Source: Felis catus (lineage: Eukaryota). Taken from it: 64,000 nt of DNA. Made by a program: the position numbers and the translations under genes. Below, one piece after another: positions 35,753 to 48,941 of this stretch. Within the stretch, counting starts at the first letter, position 1; every line of letters begins with the position of its first letter. The stretch is taken from NCBI RefSeq assembly GCF_018350175.1, contig NC_058368.1:90460001-90524000 (forward strand), given 5' to 3'. Under the pieces are notes generated by a model. It made no database searches. It was not told the origin of the DNA and was given only the letters and a program-made list of their open reading frames with translations.

Positions 35753-38467
35753 GGGGCTCCTGGGTGATTCAGTTGGTTGAGTATCTGGCTCTCGATTTCA
35801 GCTTAGGTCATGATCTTGTGGTCTGTGAGATCAAGCCCTGCATCAGGCTCTGCAATGACAGAGCAGAGCCTGCATGGGTTTCTCTCTCTCTGCCCCTCCC
35901 CTGCTCACGCTGGCTCTTAAAAATGAGAGAGTGCCCCCAAGTAATTCTGATATATATGCCCCTCTGCCCGACAGAGTGTGTCTTTACTATACTAGATAAT
36001 GTATTAACCAGCAATTTGTTTCCCAAAAAAACCTAATTTTTGTAAACTTCTTTCCCATGTATGATCTTATCTGCACAACCTAAATGGAAAGATAAACAGC
36101 TTTGGTACTGGATTTTGGTTTGAATTCTTGTCCTACCACTGAGCTGGCAACCTTGGCATGTTAACCTAGGAGTCTCCCTTTCCTTACAAGTGAAAGTGGA
36201 TGCAATAATACCTACCATGTGAGATTGTTGTGGAGACTAAATGACAATATATTTAAAGAGGCCAGTCCTTTTAAGCTTTTCTTTTGACATGACAAGCTTG
36301 ACCACTTGTACCAATGCAGATCCAACTGGATGCCATGACCCCATGCTAGGCACATCACACAGAAGTACCAGAGGTGGCTCAAGGTGGAATCCCAACGTGG
36401 CTGCCCCTTTACATAGTAGACCACCTCCAGCCAGTCCAGGGCTTCCTTAATGGAAAGGTCCTGATTATCATTAGCCAATCAGCAACACAAAGTCTTTGCT
36501 TTCCAGTCAGGGAAGAGATGGTTTGTGGTCTTGTGGCTTTAAAAAAAACCACCCTAGTTTTCTTCCCCTGAACCACATCCCTCAGAGCCTAGACTGTGCT
36601 AGTATGGATTTTCTGCTTGGAGGTACACTTTGCCACTTAGTTTACAATCTCTGGTCTCCTAGAATTTTTTTTCCTTAACATCTTATAAAGATGAGGAAGT
36701 TGGAGCAAGACAGAGTAAGTGTCATGCCTTAAGTTATACAATTACTTTAGGCCAAAACAGTCACTGCATTCAGGTTTTTTGATTCCAGGCCCATAACTAG
36801 CTTCATCCATTTTGTATGCAAATCTTGAACTACCTTCTTTCCCTGAGACACAGGGAAGACATACTTGTTTTAGTTTTGTTTAGATTACAAATTTTTACTC
36901 ATAACTAACTATACAGTAATAAAGATGCACTATAGCAATAAAGAGACACACATATGAAGTTTTTCCTTGTTTTAGATTTAAGCAGAGGATCACAGAATCT
37001 CACATCTTTCCTTGATTGGTTTTTAAATGACTCTGCTCTAATTTTGCTTATATGCCCTTAAATAAGAATCCTTAAATTGCAGGGTACCTGGGTGGCTCAG
37101 TCAGTTAAGCATCCGACTCTTGATTTAGGCTCAGTTCATGATCTCACAGTTTGTGGGACTGAGCCTTGTGTTGTATTCTGTGCTGACAGCTCACAGCCTG
37201 CTTGGGATTCTCTCTCACCCCCTCTCCTGCTTGTGCTCTCTCTCTTAAAATAAATAAACATTAAAAAAAAAAAAGGAATCCCTTAAATTGCTAGAAATTT
37301 TCAGGGCATATGGTTTGTAAAACCATAGCTTTAATCTTGTAGCTAATTTTTAAAAAACTGTGGTGAAAACCCATATCAGAAAATATGCCATGAAATCCTA
37401 ACCTTTTTTAAGTGTACAGTACACGTTGTGCAATTGATCTCTACAACTTTTTCATCTTGCAAAACTGCAACTCTGTATCCAATTCTGTATCCAACACAGC
37501 TCCCCCATTCTCTTCCCTTCAGCCCCTGGCAACTACCATTCTATTTTCTATTTTTAAGAGTTTGACTATTTAAAATATCTCATACAAGTGGAATCATGCA
37601 GCATTTGCCTTTTTTGCAACTGGCATATTTCACTTAGCATAATGCTCTCAAAGTTCATTCCTGTTCTAGCATATGACAGGATTTCCTTCCTTTTTAAGGC
37701 TGAATACTGTTTCATTGCACATATACACATTTTCTTCATCCATTCCTCTGCTGATGGATACTTAGGTTCCTTCTACCTCTTGGTTACTGTGAACAATGTT
37801 GCAATGAACATGGGAGTGCAAATCAGGGCCTACAGTCTTAACCTCTACCAACTCCACTTCTGAAATGATCCCAGCCTAAAAACATACAGCTTATGATTCT
37901 CAGTTCAGAGCTCCATCCACAGTATCATTAACATTCACTGAATAAATGCCTGCTGACTATCAAATATGGGGCAGGTGCTAGACTCTTGGTCTTGCTCTCA
38001 GTTTGCTCATAGTCTAATGGAGAGCAGCAAACACACTAATTGAAGTTCAATGTGTGATGGAGACAGTGGTTGAACGCCCAGCTCAGCTTGAGAAGGGACT
38101 TATAAGGAGTCCTGGAAAAGATGACACATTGGCAGAATTCTGAACGATGAGGAGCTGTCAGACATTACAAGACTGGGGAAAGATACTTGCAACGACACCA
38201 ACAGAATTTAGACCATTTTCAAAGAACTGCGTTCAGAGGCATCTGGGTGGCTCAGTTGGTTAAGCATCTGACTCCTGATTTCAGCTCAGGTCATGATCTC
38301 ACAGTTTGTGAGTTCGAGCCCCACATCGGGCTCTGTGCTGGCAGTATGGAGCCTGCTTGGGATTTTCTCTCTCCCTCGCCCTCTCTGCCCTTTCTGTGCT
38401 CGCGCACACACACTCTCCCTCTCAGTCTCAAAATAAATAAACAAACATAAAAAAAAAAAAGAAAAAA
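35753..38467 (+). mobile_element. Three separate Can-SINEs (35753-35923, 37082-37274, 38236-38467)
   Basis: Each has head, CT tract and A-rich tail. Confidence 0.83.
37355..37825 (-). mobile_element. L1MB-like 3' fragment
   Basis: CCCCTGGCAACTACCATTCTA...GTGGAATCATGCAGCATTTG...TTCATCCATTCCTCTGCTGATGGATACTTAGG. Confidence 0.8.
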
Positions 38468-38687
38468 GAATTGTATTTAAAGTATTTGGGGGGATCTTGA
38501 GACTGTGGCACATGGGCTTCATTCCTATGGTACCAGATGTCACATCAATGACATGTTCCACTGATGCTGCTCCCAATGTTCACCATTCTCTCCTGCTGCT
38601 CTGCTCAGCCACATACAAGAGTTCTCCACTGACCTTAGGGCCTTGAGCACTCATATGGCCAATGTCTGGCCTGTGAGCTAGGGTGCT

Positions 38688-38804
38688 TTATTTATTTACT
38701 TACTTACTTACTTACTTATTTATTTATTTATTTATTTAAAAAAAAAATTTTTTTAACGTTAATTTTTTTTTTGAGACAGAGAGACAGAGCATGAACAGCA
38801 GAGG

Positions 38805-38844
<40 letters not shown>

Positions 38845-39509
38845 CACAGAATCTGAAACAGGCTCCAGGCTCTGAGAGGCCAGCACAGAGCCCGACGTGG
38901 GACTCGAACTCATGGACCGTGAGATCATGACCTGAGCCGAAGTCAGACGCTTAACCAACCGAGCCACCCAGGTGCCCCTAGGGTGATTTAAAAAAAAAAA
39001 GAAAGAAAAATTTTAAATTTTTATTTCTTTTTAAGAGAGAGGGAGACAGACAGAGTGCTAGTGGGGGGGGCTCAGAGGGAGAGAGGAAGACCCAGAATCT
39101 AAAGCAGGTTCTAGGTTCCGAGATATCAGCCCAGAGCCTGATGCAGGTTCGAACTCACAAACTGTGAGATCATGACCTGAGCCGCAGTCGGATGCCCAAC
39201 CAACTAAGCCACCCAGGCACCTCACTGGGTGCTTTAAATTCAGACATACCATAGAGTGGGGAGCAGGAATTGTGATATTTTCCATTTAAAGACATCACTC
39301 TTGGGGCACCTGCGTGGCTTAGTCTGTTGAGCGTCTGACTTTGGCTCAGGTCATGATCTCACAGTTCATGAGCCCGAGTCCCACGCTGGGCTCTGTGTTA
39401 ACAGCTCAGAGCCTGGGGCCTGCTTCGGATTCTGTGTCTCCCTCTGTCTCTCTGAGTAACAAATAAACATTAAAAAAAAATGTAAAATAAATAAATAAAA
39501 TAAAATAAA
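38688..39509. mobile_element. SINE cluster: two minus copies (38688-38978, 39012-39221) and one plus copy (39303-39509)
   Basis: GGGTG(C/A)TTTA repeated at 38681, 38981 and 39227; TAAAGACATCAYTCTT flanks the plus copy. Confidence 0.86.
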
Positions 39510-40173
39510 GACATCATTCTTCCAACCTCAAGTAATCAAAATACATACAGCTCTTTGAAGGAATCCTTCCTGAGAAAGCAGAAAGAATATAGGTAAGAAA
39601 TTTGAAGATAATACATGTTATTTGATGCAGGTGACAAAACTCATGACAACACCCCATGCTCTTTAACTTTCTTCCTTAGAATTCAGAAGTGAGATGGTAG
39701 TCATGGGGATGTACGTTATTATGTGTGTATTTGGAAAAATACAGTCTAAGTTTTTCTGATAGAACACGGAGTCTGATTTGACTGATTAATTTGACAGTAA
39801 ATATTGGTTTTGCCAGTTATGTTACACGATAGACACTTTCCACACTTTTCATATATTAAACAAGATACAGTTTGAAGGTTCTGATGAAAATATATTTAAA
39901 GCAGAAGTATTTTATCAAAAATACTGTACTGACAAAGGTGTACAAAATGAACAGTATTCTGATTCACCCAACCAATTTTGAGAATATTAGGTTAAACAAG
40001 ATACCTCTAAAAAAAAAAAAACAAAAACAGGTCTACTCAATAATCAATTGATCAGACTTGATAAAGCCTTTTTGTTATATCTCTCAGTAAATGAGTAAGT
40101 GAATGACTAATGATGAGATTAAACCTTTCATAAGCCAAAATGTTTCTAATTCCTTTTTTAAAAAGTTTTCATA

Positions 40174-40396
40174 GGGGCGCCTGGGTGGCGCAGTCGGTTA
40201 AGCGTCCGACTTCAGCCAGGTCACGATCTCGCGGTCCGTGAGTTCGAGCCCCGTGTCGGGGTCTGGGCTGATGGCTCAGAGCCTGGAGCCTGTTTCCGAT
40301 TCTGTGTCTCCCTCTCTCTCTGCCCCTCCCCCGTTCATGCTCTGTCTCTCTCTGTCCCAAAAATAAAAATAAACGTTGAAGAAAAAAAAAAAAAAA
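40174..40396 (+). mobile_element. Young felid Can-SINE, TSD AAAAAGTTTTCAT
   Basis: Intact element with flanking duplication. Confidence 0.92.
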
Positions 40397-40404
40397 GTTT
40401 TCAT

Positions 40405-40700
40405 TTAAACTCTAGTTAACATACAGTGTAATATTAGTTGCAGGTGTACAATATAGTGATTCAACAATTCCATACATCACCCAGTGCTCATCACAAGTGC
40501 ACTCCTTAATCCTCATCACCTATTGCCCCCATCTGCCTCAGCCCCTCTGGTAACCATCAGTTTGTTCCCTATAGTTAAGAGTCTGTTTCCGGGTTTGTCC
40601 TTCTTTTTCCCCTTTGCTTGTTTTCTTTCTTAAATTCGACATGAGTGAAATCGCATGGTATTTATCTTTCTCTGACTGACTTATTTCACTTAGCATTAGA
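40405..40700 (-). mobile_element. Carnivore L1 3' end
   Basis: GTTAACATACAGTGTAATATTAGTTGCAGGTGTACAATATAGTGATTCAAC...CTCTGGTAACCATCAGTTTGTTC...ACTTATTTCACTTAGCAT. Confidence 0.8.
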
Positions 40701-41001
40701 TCCAAAAGTATAATTAGATCCAAGAGTATAATTTCCTCCTTTCTTTTGCATTTATGTAAGGATTTCTGGGGCTTAAATTTATAAAAACAGAAAATAGGAA
40801 CAGAATTGAGGACTCTCATTTTTGTCAACAATATTCACCTGTGGTTACATGAACAAATCGAGGCAGGGGAGATTCATTCATCTCACTAAGATAAGCATTT
40901 CTAATAAACTTGTACTCTTTTTGCTTAATTATTTATAAAAATGTATAATGCATTTGTTGTTTGTTGTGTACTAAATTACTATAACCTAAAACTTATTGAA
41001 A

Positions 41002-41969
41002 GGAGCACCTGGGTGGTTCAATCAGTTAAGTGTTCAACTTCAGCTCAGGTCATGATCTCGTGTTCTGTGGGTTCAAGCCCCACGTTGGGCTCTGTGCTGA
41101 CAGCTCAGAGCCTGGATCCTGCTTTGAATTCTGTGTCTCCCTCCCCCTCTCTTTGCCCCTCCCCCGCTCAAGCTCTGTCTCTCTCAAAAATAAACAAACA
41201 TTAAAAAAACAAAACTTAGTGAAATAAGAAATATGTAACACCCACAATCTTATAAATGCTACATATATTCTTCTTTTGTATAAATTAACCTTTCTTAAAA
41301 AGAGCAAAAATATCCCTAGAGCTTTATGGTCAAAGTAAATTGAAAAGTCTTAAATTTCTATTTTTATACCTTTTTTTTGTTACCAAGAAATTTGCCAGTG
41401 TGATAAAATAAAAAGACTTTTTAAAAAAGCATACATTAAGTTAGAATAAAACAATGTGAGGCAAGTGTAAAAGAAATCCAAGTTGGAGGAAAAGGAAGGA
41501 TTTACAATTTCTATGAAATGGGCGTCTGGGTGGCTCAGCTGGTTAAGCATGTGACTCCTGGTTTTGGCTCAGGTCATGATCTCATGGTTTGTGAGTTCAA
41601 GCCCCACATCAACCTCGGTGCTGACAGCAAGGAGCCCACTTGAGATTCTCTCTCTCCTCTCTCTTTGCCCCTCCCCGAGTGCACGTGCTCTCTCTCTCTC
41701 AAAATAAATAAACTTTAAAAAAAATAAAACTTCAACAAAAGCATTCTTTAAAATGTAATTTTTTAAAATGTTTATTTATTTTTGACACAGAGGGAGACAG
41801 AGCACGAGTGGGGGAGGGGCAGAGAGCAAGGGAGACACAGAATCCGAAACAGGCTCCAGGCTCTGAGCTGTCAGCGCAGAGCATGATGCGGGGCTCGAAC
41901 CCACGAACTGTGAGATCATGACCTGAGCCAAAGTCAGACGCTCAACTGACTGAGCCACCCAGGTGCCCC
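41002..41969. mobile_element. Can-SINEs at 41002-41214 (+), 41520-41724 (+) and 41758-41969 (-)
   Basis: Last two are tail-to-tail; CAAAAGCATTCTTTAAA TSD on the minus copy. Confidence 0.86.
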
Positions 41970-42709
41970 AAAAGCATTCTTTAAATGGCTGATGAAAGCA
42001 TATTGCTAAGGTATTTAGATTCCACAGGCTACATTTTAAAAAGTGATGTAACCATTTTATTTTTAAATGTTAATATTTATAATTCTCTGGAAGTTACATC
42101 CCTGAAACTATAAATAGCATTTTCTGTCTTTTCTTTTTAAAATAGTTGACTCATATTGAACATATGTAGCACTTAGAAGGCTCTGTGCTAAATACATTTC
42201 TTTTTTTTTTTAATTTTTAAAATTTATTTTATTTTTCTTTTTGTTTTTTTTTTAAATTTACATCCAAGTTGGTCAGCATAGTGTACATTCCTTATTTCAT
42301 ATATTTCACTTAATAAATCGAGTTATAGTAATTTAGTATACAGTTAATCAAGACAATGAATGCATTATGATTTTTGATAAGCTTAAAAACTTGGGATGAA
42401 AAGTTTTAGATGTCAACATAAAATGTGTTGAGGGGGCTCACAGTGTTGCAAATTTATTTAGTCCAAATGCCCAGTATCAAATATATGGCTTTTCACCATA
42501 TGACTCCTAACATTTCAGCTTCACCTTCTAGCTTCTGGCACTTAAAGCCCCAAATCCAAAGAACTACTCACTGTCATAATTTCGTGCTTCTGCTTAGTTT
42601 TCTAAAGGGATCACACTCCTATTAGATGCCCTGTGATATGAAGTCAAGTCCCTATGCATATTAGTGTATGAAAGGTTTGGAAAAGCCCTAAATAAAGGAA
42701 ACTGTTTAT

Positions 42710-45700
42710 GGGGCTCCTGGATGGCTCAGTTGGTTAAATGCCTGACTCCTGATTTCAGCTCAGGTCATGATCTCACAGTTCGTGAGATGGAGCCCTGCAA
42801 TGGGCTCCGTGCTGACAGTGCAGAGCCTGCTTGGGATTCTCTCTCCCTCTGCCCCTCCCCCACTCTCTCTCTCATTCTCCCCTTCTCTCTCAAAAATAAA
42901 TAAACTTAAAAAAATTTTAATTAAAAAAAAAGTAACTTGTTTAAATTTGTTTCTCCAAATCTAGAACTGTTAGTAGTCTGTGAAATTAATGTTCCATCGA
43001 ACACCTTTCCAGCAAAGTGCCCAGAAAAATCTTAAGATCTAGTTTAAAAGTCAAATCTTGGGGTACCTGGGTGGCTCGGTCAGTCTTGACTCTTGATTTT
43101 GGCTCAGGTCATGGATCTGGGTTGTGGGATCAAGACCCATGTTGAGCTCTGCACTGGGCATGGAGTCTGCTTGGGATTCTCCCTCTCCCTTCTGCCCTTC
43201 CCCACTCCCCTCTCTCTCAAAATAAACTTTAACAAAGTAAGTAAATAAAACCCGATTAAAAAAAAGTCAAATCTTTAAAGCCTCCCAAACTTCACCTGAG
43301 AGGCATCCTTTCTCCAGTATTCCCACAGGTTTTGCAGCCCTCAACATGGCTGTGCAATTAGTAGTTTTCCACCTACTCCCCATTAGGCTGCATGACAAAG
43401 GTCCAGTACCATGATGGTTCCTGGCTCCCAGCAGGAGCTCAAAGTGGTTGAACCAACAACCAAAGGAAAGCTGGAAGTGCAGGAAAGGAGTGGACAATGG
43501 ACAGATTTCTACTTCAGATGACTGGGCTACAGGAAATATTCACAAGGAATAGAAGATTGGCAGAAACAAGTGAGAGTCCATTTTGGACGTGTGGGATATA
43601 AAAGTGGAAACGTCCAGTAGGCAGGTGGAAATATGGATCTGAATCTTGGAAGAGAGATCTGGAGATTTAGAGAATCTTATTTTATAGGTGGTAGATGAAG
43701 CCATGAAATAAACAATGACATGACCCAGGAAAACATGACTGAGCAGAAAGAGTAGAGAATGGAGTAACCTGAGGAACACCCATTATCTAAAAAGTGTGCA
43801 AAGAAAGCTTCTCAAGCCAAAACACTAGGATTCCCCTTGATTCCCCCACTCTCCTGCCCCCCCCCCCCCCCCGCCTCCAATCCATCTGGCCCATCACTGA
43901 GCCCTGTCACCTATCCCTTTGGGAGCTGTACCAAACCCATCTCCTTCTCTCTGTCTCCACTACTACCACCAACCCTAGTCTAGACCCCTGCGAAAGCCTT
44001 AACTGCATCCACTCTTGTGCACGCCACCCCAAGCATTCTCCACATAGCACCAGAAAGGCCCTTAAAAAATAAATCACGCTGGGGTGACTCAGTAGGTGGC
44101 TCAGTCGGTTAAGAATCTGACTTCAGCTCCAGTCATGATCTCACAGTTCAGGAGTTCAAGTCCTGTGTTGGGCTCTCTGCTGTCAACGTGGGGCTCTCTT
44201 CCGATCCTCTGTCCCCCTCTCCCTGTGCCCCTCCCCTGCTCATCCTCTCTGTCAAAAATAAACATAATAAAAAACAAGTCACACTTCTTAAAATCCTAAC
44301 TGCTCCCCACTGCACTTGATCTAGTCGTCCTCACCTACCTCTCATACTAGCTGCCTAGTGCCATGTGGCTCCAGCCACACTGATCTCCTTTCTGTTCTTC
44401 AGGCAAGCTCAGAAGGTTGCTGTCTCAGAGACTGTGCTGGTGGTTTTCTCTAACTGGAATGTTCTTTTCTGAGACTTTCAGCTGACTGATGACCTCCTGT
44501 CAATCAGGTCCAAATAAAGATGAAGCATCTTATCTAAAGTTGCTCCTAGGTAAGTCACCAGTATCACATTACTCTTAATTTTTTGTTAGCATAACTAATA
44601 TTACAAAAATTAATTTTTTTAATTATCAATCTCTTTCTCCATGAAGGCGGGAGTTTTAACTTGCCTGTTCACTGCTATATTCCTCTGGCCCACAATAGGC
44701 ACTCAAGTACTTGTTGCATGAATTAATAAGGAAAGCAGGAGACTCAGAAAAAAACCAGAAAGCTGGAAAGAGAACCAGAAGAAAGTAGAAGCTAAGAGAA
44801 GAGTCTTGGGAAGGAGGAAGTCAAAAAGAATGATGACTAAGAAGCCACTGAATTTGGCAATTCCATCTTCGGTGCCATTTAAGGGGGGTAACTTCGGAAA
44901 AGTAGAAGAGGTAAAAGGCAGATTACAATGGGCTCATGAGTAAATGGGAAGTTCAAGGGGAAAGGGCAAAGGGAAGGAAAAAGATGGAATACTATTTTGA
45001 GGGTGAGAAAAGACAAAAGCAAGGAGAATAACTGCCCATGTTTTCACGCTGAAGGGAAGGACAGGGTGGGAAAGGGGATACTGAAGATAAAAAAGGAAAG
45101 AGAGCCAGGACAAGGTCCTGGATGTTATAGGAAGAAATAGGATCCTAAAGCCACATTAGTCACCTTTTCTCTAAAACTATCCCACATGATTACAGCACAA
45201 TGTTTTACGTTCAGAAATATCTACTCCCTGTAAGTAATTTGTTATCTGCATAATTCTAGCATTAGTTTGCTCTACCAAATCATTATTAAAATTCTGTAAG
45301 TCTTTCTTAACTCTTAGAAGGTACACACTGGGGTGTCTGCAAGTAGAGAGCCATATGGTATGCACATAGTGCTCTCATCCAGTTCAGAGAACAAAGGTTT
45401 TAAGAGAGACAGAAAGACAGAGATGGATGGATGGATGGGTGGAAACAGGAGAGAAAGAGTGTGTGTGGAAATGATAAAGCAAATGGAGCACAACAGTGAT
45501 AATGGGCAGAACATAAGTAAAGGGTGTAGAGAGGTCTTTTGCACCATTTGTGTCGTGGCTCAGTTGGTTAAGCGTCAACTCTTGATTTCGGATCAGATCA
45601 CAATCTCACGGTTCATGAGATCGAGCCCTGCACTGGGCTCTGTGCCAACCGTGTGGAGCCGGCTTGGGATTCTCTCTCCCTCTCTGCCCCTCCCCCGTTT

Positions 45701-45763
45701 GTGCTCACTTGTGCACACGCTCTCTCTCTCTCTCAAAATAAATTAATAGTAAACGTCAAAAAA
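42710..45763 (+). mobile_element. Four separate Can-SINEs (42710-42930, 43059-43265, 44081-44275, 45550-45763)
   Basis: Heads, CT tracts, A-rich tails. Confidence 0.82.
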
Positions 45764-48481
45764 GTATTCAAATTATGTACAAATAAAAAGTTAAAAAAAG
45801 GGAAAGTTTTCACACCTAAACTAAGCAGGGAAGGCAACTGCCCCAAATGGCTGGCATGCAACTGTCAAACTTCTCTACAGACTTTCACAACTACTGAAGG
45901 AATAAGCAGCAAAAGTGTAACAATGATGGATAAAGGGATGAGGCAGAAACTTTTACAGCCTTTTACTAAAAGAAAATGTTCAAGCTAATGTATAAGACTA
46001 TTCTCATCACAGAATGAATGCTTGTATCAAGTGGTTGGGTAATTCCCTATAATCTAGCATACCCAATAAAAAGAAGTCAATCCTGTCATTAGAAAACAAT
46101 CTGGTTTTTAATACACAGACAGTATAAAGAAAACCTAATAGCTGTTCCTTGACAAGTAGAATAGAAAAAAGTCTGAAGCACTGTTTCTGAACCATCCTTA
46201 ACAGAATAAGCAGATAGTGGTTAAGCCTGCTGTTGCAGGACTTCCTAAGAAAGGAAAAAAACCTGAAGGCAAAATCTATCTGATCCCTTTTCTGTTTTAC
46301 AAAGGGTTTGCTGATGATGGTAACTCTGGCTGTGAAACAGCTGCCTAACAATACTACAGTATATCTGGAAAAAAAGAACTGATCATATTCCCAATGTAAG
46401 GGACATTAATTAGATCAAATACACATAATAGAACTGTCAAAGATAACAATGACCAAGAGGCACCTTCTCCTCTCCATCTCTCTGTGAAAAGCTGTGCTCT
46501 CTCTCCAAACCAAAGTCCTATCCAAGCAAGGCACTCTCCTCTCTGAACCGAAGGAGCCATTAGAAGGGAAAACACTGTTTTTTTTCCTTAGTGATACTGA
46601 TCTTCCATTACTAGGACCCCATCCAGGCTGAAGAGCTCAGCTAGAATCAGTTGTGGACTCAAGTGAAAAGGGTCCCCCCTTCCTAGTAGGGAGGTGGAAG
46701 AGCACTTCCACTCTGAAGTTTAAACTCAGGAAATCCAGGGGTCAAGGTTTAATGTGATAAGACATCAACATAACATGGCACATCTGATCCCAAAGGAATG
46801 ACTGACAAGCCAGATTCAAGTTCTAACACACTCAGAATTATTTCTCTTCAAACAGCGGCCTAATTTCTTTTCAGTAAATCAGGACTAAAAATAACATACA
46901 GGATCCAAGCTCTTTCTCTCACTACTAATGTACTTTCTACAGGGTGTTCGAGGCAACTATTTTGAGTATAAAACTAGGATGTTTATGAGCTTTCATTATT
47001 TACTTAAATTGGAATGACTACCCACTACTCTTAAAGGCTTTTCCTTAAAACAAGAGTCGTTAGTAAAGGTGGCTCATGAAATTAAGCCATTTTGCTTTTT
47101 GAGGTTAGTGCATAAGACCATAGATTACTGAGTAAAGTACTATGAAATTTAGTATCAGTCACTCAACAAACACAGGCTGAGGGCCTAAGACATGTACAGG
47201 ACTCTGAGCCAAACCCCTCCCTGCCTGCCTCCCAGGGCTTACAGTCTAGTTAGCAAGACATGACCTAAAGTAGCACCACTATGTGCTAAAAATAAATAGC
47301 GGAGATACCTTTTGTAAATGTTTGGACAAAGAAGAATCTGATCGTTGAGTTAGGATGGTCTGAAACTAGCTCTAAAGAGGAAGATGAGCTGAAGAATGGG
47401 AGGATTCTTAGAGGGGAGAAGGGTCCTGTAGGCAGCAGCTTTTCTGTTTAAGAAATATTTTCACATCTGCACTCACTTGAGTCTTATAAGAATCCTGGAG
47501 GTTAAGAAACTAAACACATCCACAATTTACAGACAGGAAAAGGGAGGTCAGAAGACTGGACTAATCTTGATACAATAAGCAATGAAATGTCCAGCAGCCC
47601 AGTGTAGGAGAGAATAAGGAAAAGAATTCAACCAGAGCATAGGAGCCACAGCATTTAGAGAGGAAGAAAGACTAATGACCTAAAGACTAGTTAGAGAAGA
47701 GTACAGCAATAGCCTAGCTGAGAGGTAACAAAGGCACAACTTTTAAAAACACACAGAACAAACTCGATTTTAAACACTTGTTTTAAACTTTAAGTTACCA
47801 AGAAAACAACAACAAAAATCACCTCTTGTCTTCCTTTCATAAATCAGTTTCAGGGAGGTAAACCTCTAACCAACAAATTCCTTAATATTATCAAAGATTT
47901 TAAATAGGCTTATAAAATAAAACGGGAATTGTGAACAATATTGCTGGAATCACAAGTTCACAAATTTCTGGATTGCCTAAATACGCAATATTGTCTTGCA
48001 ACGCACGAGCAGTATGATGCCTTTTATTTCGATTTCCCAAGATTTTTGGATTTTTCCGTTCAGAACACTTTGATTTAGACAACTGAAGGCCGACTTATTT
48101 CCATATGTAAGCCCTGACTCTTCAAAGAGCAAGGACCCTATAAACATTCGCAGAATAAATGAGGTCACTATCAGAGGCAACACTTTGCCAGTCTGTTCCC
48201 CCCAAAAGTTATCAAAATCTCAGAATCGAGTTTGGAAGAACCACCTTTCAGCTACCGTTCACCAGCCTTCCCAGCCGGGGCCTTAATGTGAGTAAGGTCC
48301 TTACGGTCATGTTTTCCCAAAGTAATGCCACAGTGCCATTTCCCGCAGATGACAACTTCTCAGTCCCTGCCATGTCAGCCTCCCCTGAGCCAGACCCGAG
48401 GATTTGTGGGCACTGGGGAAGTCTCAAGGCGGCCGGGCGGCGTCAGGGGCAGTCAGTGGCTGCTCCCCACGCCCTACTCAC

Positions 48482-48835
48482 CGCGACAGGGCGGCCGTGC
48501 TCGGGCCCGTCGGTGGCGTCGAGGCGCGGGGCCGAGGCCGGCGCGGCAGGCACCGGGGCGGCGGCGGACGCCGGGACGGGGGCGGCGGCCGGGGCCGGGG
48601 CGGGCGGCTGCCGGTGCTTGCCGGCGCGCTTGGCTTTGGCCTGGATGCAGCGCTGGTGCAGGGCGAAGGTGTGCTGGCGCTCGAGCTCCAGGCGCTCGGG
48701 CGACACGGCCTCGTAGCGGGCCTCGCAGGTGCTGTGGTGGCGCCGGCACAGCTCGATGCGCCGGCGGAGGCGCTCCATGACCGCGCTGTGCCGCGGCAGC
48801 GCGAACTCCGCCATGGGGCAGGTGGGCAGCACCAT
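48482..48835 (-). CDS. MAML1: MAML1 coding exon 1 (aa 1-118): N-terminal basic helix that binds NICD-CSL, then a Pro/Ala-rich linker
   Basis: ATG at 48835 gives MVLPTCPMAEFALPRHSAVMERLRRRIELCRRHH...GRPVA; donor GCG|GTGAGT at 48482/48481; 354 nt, phase 0. Confidence 0.97.
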
Positions 48836-48926
48836 GGGCCGCGGGCTGCACGGGCCGGGCCCGGGGCGGGCCTCTCGGAGCCGGCTGGCACTGCGGGCTC
48901 CGTTCCCCGCCGGCGGCCCGGCCGCC

Positions 48927-48941
48927 TTACGGCCGCGCCAT
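48927..48941 (-). other. uORF2 in MAML1 leader: MARP*
   Basis: GCC-ATG-G strong Kozak context; ATG GCG CGG CCG TAA; ends 91 nt before the main ATG. Confidence 0.7.

Larger units (their letters stand above)
39520..42460 (+). mobile_element. Decayed hAT/Charlie DNA transposon (transposase C-terminal half plus 3' flank), fragmented by SINEs and L1
   Basis: SEVRW*SWG at 39683 (cf. TEVRWLSRG); YWFCQLCYTIDTF ~39800; HLCK/GFLGLKFIKTENRNRI at ~40750-40810 and HSSH* ending 40889 (hAT dimerisation-domain end); extent of 3' flank uncertain. Confidence 0.7.
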
